Assembly (NCBI GenBank): GCA_964628985.1
Contig: CAZVNJ010000001.1
Span: forward strand, 21,477 to 85,476
DNA length: 64,000 nt
Direction: 5' to 3'
Source: an uncultured Dehalococcoides sp.
GTDB lineage: Bacteria; Chloroflexota; Dehalococcoidia; UBA2979
In this document: in pieces, positions 17,191-26,600 of the stretch
Position numbering within the stretch: position 1 is the stretch's first letter
How the letters are laid out: each line of letters begins with the position of its first letter
Program-made: the position numbers and the translations under genes
The notes under the pieces: model-generated
Databases searched by the model: none
Seen by the model: the letters and a program-made list of their open reading frames with translations, nothing else
What the model was told of the DNA's origin: nothing

Positions 17191-18318
17191 ATGCTGCCGG
17201 CGGCACGGAACACTGCCCTCGCTTACTTCGGACTGGCCGTCCTGCTGCTCGGCGTGACGGTGATCCTTCCCAGCCTCGGTGTCTGGGAGCACCGATCCCT
17301 TCCCGTGGTGCATGAGACGATCCGCGAGGCACGCATCCTCGAGGTCGTGCCCGGCGAATCGCTCCAAAGCCCCGCAGGTCCCATCCGCCAGGAGCAGGTC
17401 GTGATGGATGTGGCTGGCGAACGGGTCTCGGTAGATCGAGCCTTCCAGGATGGCGGGGGTGACGCATTCGTGTTGGCCCCCGGGGACACTGTCCTGCTGG
17501 GGCGCGTCGAGACGGACCGGGGGCCGGTCTATCAGATCAAGGATCGCTCGCGGCGGGTGCCCGTCTGGGCGCTCACCTTCGCCTTCGCCCTGTTGGTCGT
17601 CGCGGTGGGGGGATGGCGGGGCGCGCTCTCGCTCGTCGGGCTGGCGTCGAGCGTGGTCGTCATTGCGCGCTTCATCGTGCCGGCCATCATGGACGGCTGG
17701 GATCCACTCCTGGTCTGTATTGCCGGCGCGCTGGTGATCATGACGACTACGCTCACGCTCGGCCATGGTGTCGGGCGGAAGACGATGGTGGCGCTCGGTG
17801 CCACGATGGCGTGTCTGCTGCTGACGGGGCTGCTCGCAGAGTGGGCCGTGCAGTTCGTCCGCCTGACGGGGATCGCAGACGATGACGCGAGCACCCTCCA
17901 GGTCCTCGTGGGGCGCGGGGTGATCGACCCACGAGGCCTCTTGCTCGGCAGCATGATCCTCGGTGCGGTCGGGGTCCTCGACGACGTGACAACGACTCAG
18001 GCTTCCGCGGTGTCCGAACTGCGCGAGGCGAATGCCTCGCTCTCACCGACGGAACTGTTCCGACGCGGGATGAATGTGGGACGGGACCACATCGCTGCTA
18101 CCACCAACACGCTGCTGCTCGCGTACGCCGGGACTGCCCTTCCGTTGATCCTCATCCTCTCCGCGCAGCAACAGCCCACCGGAATCCTGATCTCGTTCGA
18201 TGCCCTTGCGACCGAGGTCGTGCGGACGATGGTGGGGAGCATCGGTATCGTCGCCGCGGTGCCGCTCACGACCGCACTCGCGGCCTATACCGACCGCTGG
18301 GGCAGACGAACGGCCTAG
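17191..18318 (+). CDS. YibE/F-family integral membrane protein
   Basis: N-terminal TM plus an extracytoplasmic domain, then a polytopic region with GAVGVLDDVTTTQASAV and the NTLLLAY pattern typical of YibE/F. Confidence 0.8.
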   Translation: MLPAARNTALAYFGLAVLLLGVTVILPSLGVWEHRSLPVVHETIREARILEVVPGESLQSPAGPIRQEQVVMDVAGERVSVDRAFQDGGGDAFVLAPGDTVLLGRVETDRGPVYQIKDRSRRVPVWALTFAFALLVVAVGGWRGALSLVGLASSVVVIARFIVPAIMDGWDPLLVCIAGALVIMTTTLTLGHGVGRKTMVALGATMACLLLTGLLAEWAVQFVRLTGIADDDASTLQVLVGRGVIDPRGLLLGSMILGAVGVLDDVTTTQASAVSELREANASLSPTELFRRGMNVGRDHIAATTNTLLLAYAGTALPLILILSAQQQPTGILISFDALATEVVRTMVGSIGIVAAVPLTTALAAYTDRWGRRTA

Positions 18319-18986
18319 CCGCCCGGGAGGTAGAGGGCCTCGGTGCCCGGGCGGACGATCTCGGCGGGAGAGGCGCCGCAGCCGAACCAGACGCCTGCGA
18401 TCTTGTCGCCGGCCATCACGATCCCGGCCCCGAGCGGACCGGTGCCCGCGCCCGTCGGTGTCCGGCTAAAGACCACGACATAATCAGCTTGAACCGGCGG
18501 CAGGTAGGGCCGGGGCGCCCGATAGACGCCGGTGAGGACGGGCCGCGCGAGCACCACCTGCTCCAACGTTGGCCGGACCGCCGAGGCCGGGCGCAACTCG
18601 CCTTCGCACGTCGCCACCGGGAAGACCTGCACGGGCGTCCCGTTTGGCTGGCCGGGCGGGCAGGCGGGTGGCGAGCCCGGCCCTTGCTGAGGGCCGCAGG
18701 GAAGGCTGACCAGCGACACACTGCGCTCGACAGCGGCCAGGTCGCCGGCCAGGACGAGGTTGATGACGGTGTTGACCGGGTCCGGGACACCCGGCCGGCG
18801 GGTTGCCGTGGGTGTGACGCTCGGTGTCGCGGTGGCGGGCATGTCCGATGCCGTTGCGGTCGCCGTGGGCGGCGGGCTGGCCGTGGCGTCCTGCTTGGAC
18901 TGGGCGTCGCCGTCATTCCGGCAGCCCATCGCAGTGACAGCGACGGCGCAGAGCGCGACATGGAGGAACGGCCGGGCGCGGGACAT
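18315..18986 (-). CDS. hypothetical lipoprotein
   Basis: MSRARPFLHVALCAVAVTAMGC lipobox followed by a Thr/Pro/Ala linker. No recognisable domain. Confidence 0.55.
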   Translation of the reverse strand: MSRARPFLHVALCAVAVTAMGCRNDGDAQSKQDATASPPPTATATASDMPATATPSVTPTATRRPGVPDPVNTVINLVLAGDLAAVERSVSLVSLPCGPQQGPGSPPACPPGQPNGTPVQVFPVATCEGELRPASAVRPTLEQVVLARPVLTGVYRAPRPYLPPVQADYVVVFSRTPTGAGTGPLGAGIVMAGDKIAGVWFGCGASPAEIVRPGTEALYLPGG

Positions 18987-19003
18987 TCGCACCTCCCAGT
19001 GCT

Positions 19004-19028
19004 CACGCACAGCGTGTCACTGTGCGCG
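19004..19028. promoter_or_regulatory. inverted repeat CACGCACAG-N7-CTGTGCGCG in a divergent intergenic region
   Basis: 8 of 9 arm positions are complementary. It lies between the lipoprotein and SDR genes. Confidence 0.25.
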
Positions 19029-19135
19029 GGCCTCGGGGGGCGCGGGTTGCTACATCGCCGTTACGATGCGGCCTCGCGCCGTCGAGATCCTGCGGCAGTG
19101 CAGGCGGACGCGAGCGGCCGAGGGGGAATCGACAC

Positions 19136-19936
19136 ATGGCGGGACGCGTCGAGGGGAAAGTGGCACTCGTGATGGGCGGCGGCCAGACGCCCGGCGACAC
19201 GATCGGCAATGGACGAGCCACCGCCCTCCTGCTCGGCCGGGAGGGCGCCCGGGTCCTGGTTGCCGATGTCGATGGTGACCGTGCCGCCGCGACCCGTGAC
19301 GAGATCCGCCGAGAAGGCGGGACGGCCGAGTCGGTGGCGGCCGACGTGCGTGAGGAGACAGACGTGCAGGCCGCGGTCGCCGCCTGTGTGCGGGCATTCG
19401 GCCGCCTCGACCTTCTGCACAACAACGTCGGCGGAGGGCTGTCGCTCGGTGACGAGACGGCCGTCAGGATGAGCGTCGAGGCGTGGGACCGTGTCTTCCA
19501 GGTGAACCTGCGGGGCATGTGGCTGGCCTGCAAGTGGGCGATCCCGGTGATGCAGGAGCAAGGCGGCGGGTCGATCGTCAACATCTCCTCGGCGGCTGCG
19601 CACCACAAGTACCCGCGGGTCGGCTACAAGACCACCAAAGTGGCCGTGATCGGGCTGACCGAGTACCTCGCCGCCGAGCATGCCGGTGACCTGATCCGGG
19701 TGAACACCATCCTACCCGGGCTCATGGAGACGCCCATGGCGATCGAGCCTCGGGTGGCGGAGGGTGTCGCCCGCGAGCAGGTGATCGCGGAGCGCAACCG
19801 GCACGTCCCGCTCGGGAAGAAGATGGGGTCTGCGTGGGACGTGGCGTACGCCGCGCTCTTCCTGCACTCGGACGAGGCGCGGTTCATCAGCGGCGTGGCC
19901 CTGCCGGTCGACGGCGCCATGCTCGTCTCAGGCTGA
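19136..19936 (+). CDS. SDR-family oxidoreductase
   Basis: GKVALVMGGG..GNG nucleotide-binding region, NNVG, and a catalytic S..YxxxK (YKTTK). Confidence 0.9.
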   Translation: MAGRVEGKVALVMGGGQTPGDTIGNGRATALLLGREGARVLVADVDGDRAAATRDEIRREGGTAESVAADVREETDVQAAVAACVRAFGRLDLLHNNVGGGLSLGDETAVRMSVEAWDRVFQVNLRGMWLACKWAIPVMQEQGGGSIVNISSAAAHHKYPRVGYKTTKVAVIGLTEYLAAEHAGDLIRVNTILPGLMETPMAIEPRVAEGVAREQVIAERNRHVPLGKKMGSAWDVAYAALFLHSDEARFISGVALPVDGAMLVSG

Positions 19937-19958
19937 GCGAGATTCGAGGAGGCAGACC

Positions 19959-20528
19959 ATGTCACGCCAGACGAAGTACACACCCGACCAACTCACTCCG
20001 GAACAGCGCGCCGAGTACGACGACTTCCTGAGGACAAGGAAAGCGCGCGCGGACGGGATGCTCGGCGGGCCTTTCGACCCGTGGCTGCTCAACGCCGAAC
20101 TCTCCAAGCGACTCCGCGGGCTCGGCGGCATGCTCTGGTCACGCACCTCGCTGGACCGTGGGCTTGTGGAACTGGCGATCTCCATTACCGGCAAGGTCTA
20201 TGAGGCGAACGTCGAGTGGAACGCGCACGCGCCCCGGGCGGTTGAGTACGGCATCCCCCAGGACGTGATGGACACGATCCTGCGAGGCGAGCGGCCGGTG
20301 CAGGCCACGCCCGAGCAATTGCTCATGTATGACGTCTGCATGTCCCTGCTCGTCACGCATCTGCTGCCACGTCCGCTTTACGACCGCGCCGTCGAGACCT
20401 GGGGCGAGCGCGGGGTCGTGGAGATCACGGCAGTCGTCGGCTTCTACGTCCTGACCTCGATGTCGCTCAACGCCTTCGAGGTCGAGGTGGCCGAGGGCCA
20501 GACCACGCCGTTTCCGCGGCAGGACTAG
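19959..20528 (+). CDS. carboxymuconolactone decarboxylase (AhpD-like) family protein
   Basis: GAGGAGG upstream. The pattern matches the CMD-family helical pattern (LVELAISITGKVYEANVEWNAH). Confidence 0.8.
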   Translation: MSRQTKYTPDQLTPEQRAEYDDFLRTRKARADGMLGGPFDPWLLNAELSKRLRGLGGMLWSRTSLDRGLVELAISITGKVYEANVEWNAHAPRAVEYGIPQDVMDTILRGERPVQATPEQLLMYDVCMSLLVTHLLPRPLYDRAVETWGERGVVEITAVVGFYVLTSMSLNAFEVEVAEGQTTPFPRQD

Positions 20529-21283
20529 CGGCAGGCGAGCGGCATGGCTACTGGCTGAGAGTCTCGCCGATCGCGCGCAGTCCGCGTCGCTGTTGCCCCG
20601 CGTCGTCGAAAGTTCGCGGGGGCGAGCCACGCCTCGAACGCCGCCTGAAGCGCGGGCCACTCGCGGTCGAGGACGGACAGATAGGTCGTGTCGCGGTTGC
20701 GGCCCTTCGTCACGCGGGCCTGCCGGAAGATCCCTTCGAACTGGAAGCCCAGCCGCTCAGCGGCTTCCCAGGACGGCGCGTTGAGGCTGTCGCACTTCCA
20801 TTCGTACCGGCGATACCCACCCTCAACGAACGCCCACCGCATCATGAGGTACATCGCCTCCGTCGATGCCGGAGTGCGCTGCAGCAGCGGTGAGTACGCC
20901 AGGTGGCCGACCTCGATCGATCCGGCCTCACGGTTGATCGCGAGGTATGAGGCGATGCCGACCGCCCTGTCAGTCCGGGCGTCGAGGATCGCGAAGAAGA
21001 GTGGGTCGTCTGTGGCTGCAGCGGCCTCGAGCCAGGCGCGATGAGTCCCGGGAGACTCGAACGGTCCGTACGGCAAATAGGTCCACATCCGGCCCTCGAT
21101 GTCGAGGGCACAGGCCGCCACGAGGTCGTCTGCATGCTGGTCAACGTTGAGCGGTTCCAGGCGGCAGAACCGTCCGGCCAGAGACTCTCGCGCCGGCGCG
21201 TGCGCTGGTCGCCAGTCCGGCAGGGCGTGCCCGATCGGCTGGCCGAGGTGGTTGTGCCGCGGGGCGGGAGGAGGGTCGTGCAT
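20525..21283 (-). CDS. GNAT-family N-acetyltransferase (RimJ/RimL-like)
   Basis: Acetyl-CoA binding-like core (RTPASTEAMYLMMRWAFVEGGYRRYEWKCDSLNAPSWEAAERLGFQFEG). Confidence 0.8.
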   Translation of the reverse strand: MHDPPPAPRHNHLGQPIGHALPDWRPAHAPARESLAGRFCRLEPLNVDQHADDLVAACALDIEGRMWTYLPYGPFESPGTHRAWLEAAAATDDPLFFAILDARTDRAVGIASYLAINREAGSIEVGHLAYSPLLQRTPASTEAMYLMMRWAFVEGGYRRYEWKCDSLNAPSWEAAERLGFQFEGIFRQARVTKGRNRDTTYLSVLDREWPALQAAFEAWLAPANFRRRGATATRTARDRRDSQPVAMPLACR

Positions 21284-21330
21284 GGGTCCCCACGAGGAAG
21301 GGCTGGCGGGTAGGTATCGTACGGAGGGCG

Positions 21331-21915
21331 CTACGTCGCGCGATAGCCGTCCAGGAGCGCGCGAAAGGCGGCTCGCGACGTGCGGTCAAGCGGCGCACCG
21401 TGGATCGCCAATTCCACACCGAGTCCCTGCATGAAGGCCACGATCGTTTGGACTGCGATTGCGATGTCCGTGTCGTCCCGGAACGCCCCACTGGCAATCG
21501 CCTGCTGTACGCAGCACTCGACGTCGGTGCGTAGGTCGTCAAGCCGTTGCTTGCTGTGGGCGCCGAGTTCGGCATCCCGCCCGGCGGCGGCGAGGTACTC
21601 GAGCCAGAACGCCCATCCCAGGGCGTCCGGTGTGCTCGGGGCCAGGCTCTCCTCGAAGAGAGCGCACAGCCGGTCAAGGCCCTCTGAGGCCCCCACGAGG
21701 TGCCTGACCCGTCGGCGCAGGTCATCGTCAGCGGCCTCGGACGTTGCCTTCAAGAGCGCGGAGCGCGTCTCGTAGTAGTGCGTGAGCATCCCTGTCGTCG
21801 CCCCCATGCGGCGGGCGATGTTGCGCATCGTGACCGCCGCGATGCCCTCCTCGGACACGCAGGCAGCCACCGCGCCAAGGATCTGCTGCCGCCGATCGGC
21901 GTGCCGGTCGCGCAT
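21331..21915 (-). CDS. TetR-family transcriptional regulator
   Basis: N-terminal HTH AVTMRNIARRMGATTGMLTHYY. Confidence 0.9.
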   Translation of the reverse strand: MRDRHADRRQQILGAVAACVSEEGIAAVTMRNIARRMGATTGMLTHYYETRSALLKATSEAADDDLRRRVRHLVGASEGLDRLCALFEESLAPSTPDALGWAFWLEYLAAAGRDAELGAHSKQRLDDLRTDVECCVQQAIASGAFRDDTDIAIAVQTIVAFMQGLGVELAIHGAPLDRTSRAAFRALLDGYRAT

Positions 21916-22102
21916 TTCGTTCCACCCTGGGATCGAGTGGCGCGCGGTCCCCCGACAGCGCGCTGAGAAACTAGGTATATCAGGCGAATCGTGCGCGCTG
22001 ACGGCCCCAACCTGACAATTCTGACGGTCGCAGTGCCGGAGGAGTGGCCCACACGGGCCGGTACAGTGCGCACGACGCCAGGAGCGGAAATGAGGTGGCC
22101 CG

Positions 22103-22978
22103 ATGAATGTTCGCTACCGCGCCGAAACCCTCGACGGGCTCCGCCCAGATTCGCGGGCGCTCCTCCGCGGGGCCATCGACGTGCATGTCCACGCCGCCCC
22201 TGACCCCTATGCGGAGCGGCGGATGGACGCTCGTGAGCTGGTGGAGGCGGCTCGGGAGGCCGGGCTGGCCGCACTCGTGCTCAAGAGCCACGAGTACCCG
22301 ACCCAGGCGCTGGCCTGGGCCCTCGATCAGCAGTTCGAAGGCATCAAGGTGCATGGTGCCATCGCGCTCGACCACGCGGTGGGCGGCCTGAACCCGGACG
22401 CCCTCGACGCAGCCCTGCGCATCGGGACGCGCGTCGTGTGGTGGCCCACCTTTGACTCCGCCTGGTCCCGTGAAACCTTCGGCCGCTGGCACGCAAAGGC
22501 CGAGGCAATCCGTGTCCTCGACGACGGCGGACGGCTCCTTCCCGTCTGCCACACGCTCCTGGATCTCATCGGCGAGCATGGGGCGACGCTCTGCAGCGGC
22601 CACCTGGACCCGCAAGAAACGCTCGCGCTCGTGATGGAGTCGCGGCGACGGGGCATTCGCTCGATCGTCTCGCACGCCACCTCGTTTCGGATTCCGCTGG
22701 AGGTACAGCACCGAGTCGCAGACGCGGGCGCCTTCATCGAGCAATGCTCGGTGAATTCGTTCCGCGAGGGCGGTGACGAGGCGTTCGCCGCGATCGCCGC
22801 GGACGTCCGTGCGGTGGGGCCCGAGCACGTTGTGCTTTCGACCGACCTCGGCCAGGCGCCCAACCCGGCGCCGCCCGTCGGCTTCGGTTCGTGGATCGAA
22901 CGGTTCCTCGACGCGGGCTTCAGCGCGGACGAGGTGCGACGGATGGTGCAGACCAACCCGGCGGCGGCCCTCGGCTAG
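22103..22978 (+). CDS. amidohydrolase-superfamily metal-dependent hydrolase (DUF6282-like)
   Basis: N-terminal IDVHVHAAP (HxH metal motif), later SGH and STDLG. TIM-barrel hydrolase pattern; the substrate is unknown. Confidence 0.7.
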   Translation: MNVRYRAETLDGLRPDSRALLRGAIDVHVHAAPDPYAERRMDARELVEAAREAGLAALVLKSHEYPTQALAWALDQQFEGIKVHGAIALDHAVGGLNPDALDAALRIGTRVVWWPTFDSAWSRETFGRWHAKAEAIRVLDDGGRLLPVCHTLLDLIGEHGATLCSGHLDPQETLALVMESRRRGIRSIVSHATSFRIPLEVQHRVADAGAFIEQCSVNSFREGGDEAFAAIAADVRAVGPEHVVLSTDLGQAPNPAPPVGFGSWIERFLDAGFSADEVRRMVQTNPAAALG

Positions 22979-22998
22979 CGTCTGCTATCGTCCCGCCC

Positions 22999-23973
22999 GT
23001 GAACATCCTCATCATCCCCGGCGTCACCATGCCGATGCATACCGTCGACGACGCGCTGCTCGCGCGCATCCACGAAGCCGCCGGGCCGGGCACGCGGATC
23101 ACCATCGCCGAGACCCCTGGCGAGGCCATCGAGGCGATGGAGGATGTCGAAGTCGTGCTGGGCGTCATCACGCCTGCAATGTTCGCCCGCGCTCGCCGCC
23201 TGCGCTGGGTGCACGCCATCACCTCCGGTGCGGACGCCTACCTGTTCCCGGAGATGGTTGCGAGCGATGTCCTGCTGTCTGGCGACAAAGGGATGGTCGG
23301 TCCACACCTCGCGGACCACACGTTTGCCCACCTGCTCGCGCTCAGCAGGCGCCTGGCTCGAGCCGTAGTGGACGGGCCGGCGTCATGGGACCACCGAGTC
23401 GCCTACCGCGCCGAGGAATTCGAGCTGGAAGGCTGCACGATGGGGATCGTCGGCTTCGGTGGCACCGGGCGTGCGATTGCGCGGCGCGCCGTGGGGTTCG
23501 GCATGCGCTGCATCGCCGTCGACTGCGACCCGGTCCCGCCGAGCCCAGAAGTGCCCGAGGTATGGGGCAGCGAGCGCCTCGATGAATTGTTTCGCACGGC
23601 GGATGTCGTCACTTCCGGCCTTCCCCTGACACCGGACACCCGAGGGCTGTTCGGCAAGCGCGCCTTTGAGTTGATGAAGCCCACGGCGATCCTGGTCAAC
23701 GTGACCCGAGGCGAGGTGGTGGACGCGGACGCCCTCGTCGCCGCGATCCACATGAAGCAAATCGCGGGTGCTGGCCTCGACGTTGCTCCCATCGAGCCCT
23801 TGCCTGCCGACCACCCACTCTGGACGGCGCCGAATGTGATCATGACGCCACATACCGCCGGGGCGAGCCAGTTCCGCATCCCGCGCAACCTCGACCGCTT
23901 CTGCCGCAACCTCGCGCACTACCGCGCCGGCGAACCTCTTGAAGGACTGATCGACAAGGCGCGAGGGTTCTAG
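22999..23973 (+). CDS. D-isomer-specific 2-hydroxyacid dehydrogenase family, NAD-binding
   Basis: GTG start (VNILIIPG). GIVGFGGTGRAIARRA Rossmann motif, the NVTRGEVVD pattern and catalytic PHTAG. Confidence 0.85.
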   Translation: MNILIIPGVTMPMHTVDDALLARIHEAAGPGTRITIAETPGEAIEAMEDVEVVLGVITPAMFARARRLRWVHAITSGADAYLFPEMVASDVLLSGDKGMVGPHLADHTFAHLLALSRRLARAVVDGPASWDHRVAYRAEEFELEGCTMGIVGFGGTGRAIARRAVGFGMRCIAVDCDPVPPSPEVPEVWGSERLDELFRTADVVTSGLPLTPDTRGLFGKRAFELMKPTAILVNVTRGEVVDADALVAAIHMKQIAGAGLDVAPIEPLPADHPLWTAPNVIMTPHTAGASQFRIPRNLDRFCRNLAHYRAGEPLEGLIDKARGF

Positions 23974-23995
23974 CGCCCGAGGCAGCAGGAGACCT

Positions 23996-25084
23996 ATGGC
24001 TAGCGAACCGACAGCGGAACAGATCGCGTCCGGTGAGTTCGTCCGAGTGGACGGGCGAGCCCTGCGCGAGCAACTCGAGCGCCTGTTCGTCTCACTGCGC
24101 GTCTCTCGAGAGCACGCAGAGATCGCCTCGGACATCCTGGTCGCGTCCGACCTCCGCGGAGTCGACACGCACGGGGTGGTGACTGGACTGCGCTACCTGG
24201 ACCAGATCGAGGCCGGCCTGATCGATCCCACGGTGGCGCCTCGGGTGGTGCGAGAGTCCGCGGGGTCAGCTGTGATTTCCAACGAGGGCGGCCTCGGCGT
24301 GGTCGGCGCGCACTTCGCCATGCGAACGGCAATCGAGAAGGCCTGTGCGACCGGCATCGGGCAGGCCGGAGTCGTCGAAGGACGTCACATTGGGATGGTG
24401 GGGTACTACCCGATGATGGCGGCGGCGGAGGACATGATCGGGATGGCCGTGACGAACGCGAACCGCAGCGTCCGCCCGGCACGCGGCGCTGACCCTCGAT
24501 TCGGCACCAACCCGATTGCCTTCGCTGCGCCGGCGGGTGAGGAGCGGCCCTTCGTCCTCGATATGGCTACGAGCACCGTCGCCTCCGGCAAGGTCCGTCG
24601 TGCGCACGCGCTCGGCCTCCCTATTCCCCGCGGGTGGGCCGTGGATGCGCACGGACAGCCGCTGGAGACGCCACCGGGAGCGCGCGACACCTCGTGGGCG
24701 CTCACCCCCATCGGAGAAAGCGCGGACGGCGAGGGCGTGAACTACAAGGGGTACGGGCTCGCGGTGATGGTGGACATCCTGGCCGGCGTCCTCGCCGGTG
24801 GAGGCTCGAGCGTAGACCTCGACTACGGCTCGAACATGGCATGGTTCATGGCCATCGACATCCGGCAGATGCGGCCGATCGACGAATTCAAGGCGGACAT
24901 GGACCGCCTGATCCGTTACTTCGCCGCCACTCGACCCTCCGACCCGTCTCGGCCAGTGATCCTGCCCGGCGATCCGGAAGCGGACGCCTTCGAGTTCCGC
25001 TCCAGGGCCGGCATCCCGCTGCACCGGGACACGCTGGCCACGTTGCGCACGCGGGCACAATCGCTGGGGACGCCGCTCGTCTAG
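23996..25084 (+). CDS. Ldh2-family (malate/L-lactate/sulfolactate dehydrogenase type 2) oxidoreductase
   Basis: AGGAG upstream. DLRGVDTHGV and the FGTNPIAFAAP..LDMATS pattern are typical of Ldh_2. Confidence 0.85.
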   Translation: MASEPTAEQIASGEFVRVDGRALREQLERLFVSLRVSREHAEIASDILVASDLRGVDTHGVVTGLRYLDQIEAGLIDPTVAPRVVRESAGSAVISNEGGLGVVGAHFAMRTAIEKACATGIGQAGVVEGRHIGMVGYYPMMAAAEDMIGMAVTNANRSVRPARGADPRFGTNPIAFAAPAGEERPFVLDMATSTVASGKVRRAHALGLPIPRGWAVDAHGQPLETPPGARDTSWALTPIGESADGEGVNYKGYGLAVMVDILAGVLAGGGSSVDLDYGSNMAWFMAIDIRQMRPIDEFKADMDRLIRYFAATRPSDPSRPVILPGDPEADAFEFRSRAGIPLHRDTLATLRTRAQSLGTPLV

Positions 25085-25163
25085 GCATGGGGCGCCGCGT
25101 TGCGGCGCACGCATGCCTCGGCCTATGGTGCGGCGGCTCTCGTGACGAAGCGAGGAGGTCACC

Positions 25164-26600
25164 GTGCCCCGACCCAAGATCTGCGCCAGCCTCGAAGAAG
25201 CCGTGGCAGACATCCCGGACGGGATCACCCTCATCATCCCCGGCTTCGGGGGCACGGGGATGCCCTGGAACCTGCTCACCGCCCTCTACCACCAGGGGGC
25301 GAAGGGGATCACCGCCGTCTCGAACGGCGTCGGCACTGCATCAGCAGACGGGAAGATGAAAGGCCTCGCTGACCTCGTGGAGGCCGGGCGCGTGAAGAAG
25401 GTGATCGCGTCGTTCACTGCGGCCACGCACCCATCGCGCGTCTCCAAGCCGGAGCAGATGGTGCGCGATGGAGTCCTGGAGGCCGAACTGGTGCCGCAGG
25501 GCACACTCGCGGAGCGCATCCGTGCGGGCGGCGCCGGCATCCCCGCCTTCTACACTCCGGCGGGCGTCGGCACGCTGCTGTCCGAGGGCAAAGAGCACCG
25601 CGAGTTCGACGGGGAGACGTATGTCCTCGAGGAGGCGATCTTCGCGGACTACGCGCTGATCCGCGCATGGAAGGCGGACACCGCCGGCAACCTCGTCTTC
25701 CGCCACGCGGGACGCAACTACAACCCGATCGCGGCGATGGCCGCGCAGCACGTCATCGTCGAGGTCGAGGAGCCGATCCTCGAGGCCGGCGAACTCGACC
25801 CGGATGAGATCCACTGCCCCGGCATTTACGTGGAGCGCCTCGTCTCCATCCTGCCGCATGGCGTAGTGCGGGTGCAGCGTGCCGAGGCGCCGCCCGCGCC
25901 ACCCCATGAGTCTCCGGGCGAGGGGAAGCGCAGACTGACGCGCCAGGAGATGGCGGCCGTGATCGGCCAGCGTATCCAGCCGGGCTGGATCGCCAACCTT
26001 GGCATCGGCATCCCCACCTTTGCCTCGAACTACGTCGACCCCGCAGATCACGTCACCTTCACGTCGGAGAACGGCGTCATCGGATACAGCCGCCTCGCCG
26101 GGCCGGGTGAGGGCGACCCGGACATCGTGAACGCCGGCGGGCAGCAGGTCACGATCGTGCCCGGCGCCTCCTTCGTGCACCACGCCGACTCGTTCGGCCT
26201 GGTGCGCAGCCGCCGCCTGGACGTCACCGTGCTGGGCGCATACGAGGCCGCGGCGGACGGCTCCTTCGCCAACTGGCGCCTGAGCAACGCCCCGTTCGAC
26301 AACCTCGGCGGAATCGGTGGCGCGATGGACCTCGTCGCGCGCGCGAAACAGATCTGGCTCGCGATGGAGCACACGACGAGGGACGGGAAGTCTCGGCTGC
26401 TTGAGCGCTGCTCCCTGCCCGTGACGTCTCCTCGCGGCGTCACCCTGATCGTCACCGACATCGCGGTCATCTCCGTCAAGGACGGGCGCTTCCTGCTGGA
26501 GGAACACGCCCCTGGGTATACGGCGGAGGAGATCGCCGCCCTGACCGAGGGCCCGCTGGACGTCAGCCCCAACTTCCGCGAGGTGTCCGTCAGGGTCTAG
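25164..26600 (+). CDS. 3-oxoacid CoA-transferase, fused A and B subunits
   Basis: The N half (GFGGTGMP, PQGTLAERIRAGGAGIPAFYTP) is subunit A. The C half carries the SENG catalytic-Glu motif (FTSENGVIG) of subunit B. Confidence 0.9.
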   Translation: MPRPKICASLEEAVADIPDGITLIIPGFGGTGMPWNLLTALYHQGAKGITAVSNGVGTASADGKMKGLADLVEAGRVKKVIASFTAATHPSRVSKPEQMVRDGVLEAELVPQGTLAERIRAGGAGIPAFYTPAGVGTLLSEGKEHREFDGETYVLEEAIFADYALIRAWKADTAGNLVFRHAGRNYNPIAAMAAQHVIVEVEEPILEAGELDPDEIHCPGIYVERLVSILPHGVVRVQRAEAPPAPPHESPGEGKRRLTRQEMAAVIGQRIQPGWIANLGIGIPTFASNYVDPADHVTFTSENGVIGYSRLAGPGEGDPDIVNAGGQQVTIVPGASFVHHADSFGLVRSRRLDVTVLGAYEAAADGSFANWRLSNAPFDNLGGIGGAMDLVARAKQIWLAMEHTTRDGKSRLLERCSLPVTSPRGVTLIVTDIAVISVKDGRFLLEEHAPGYTAEEIAALTEGPLDVSPNFREVSVRV

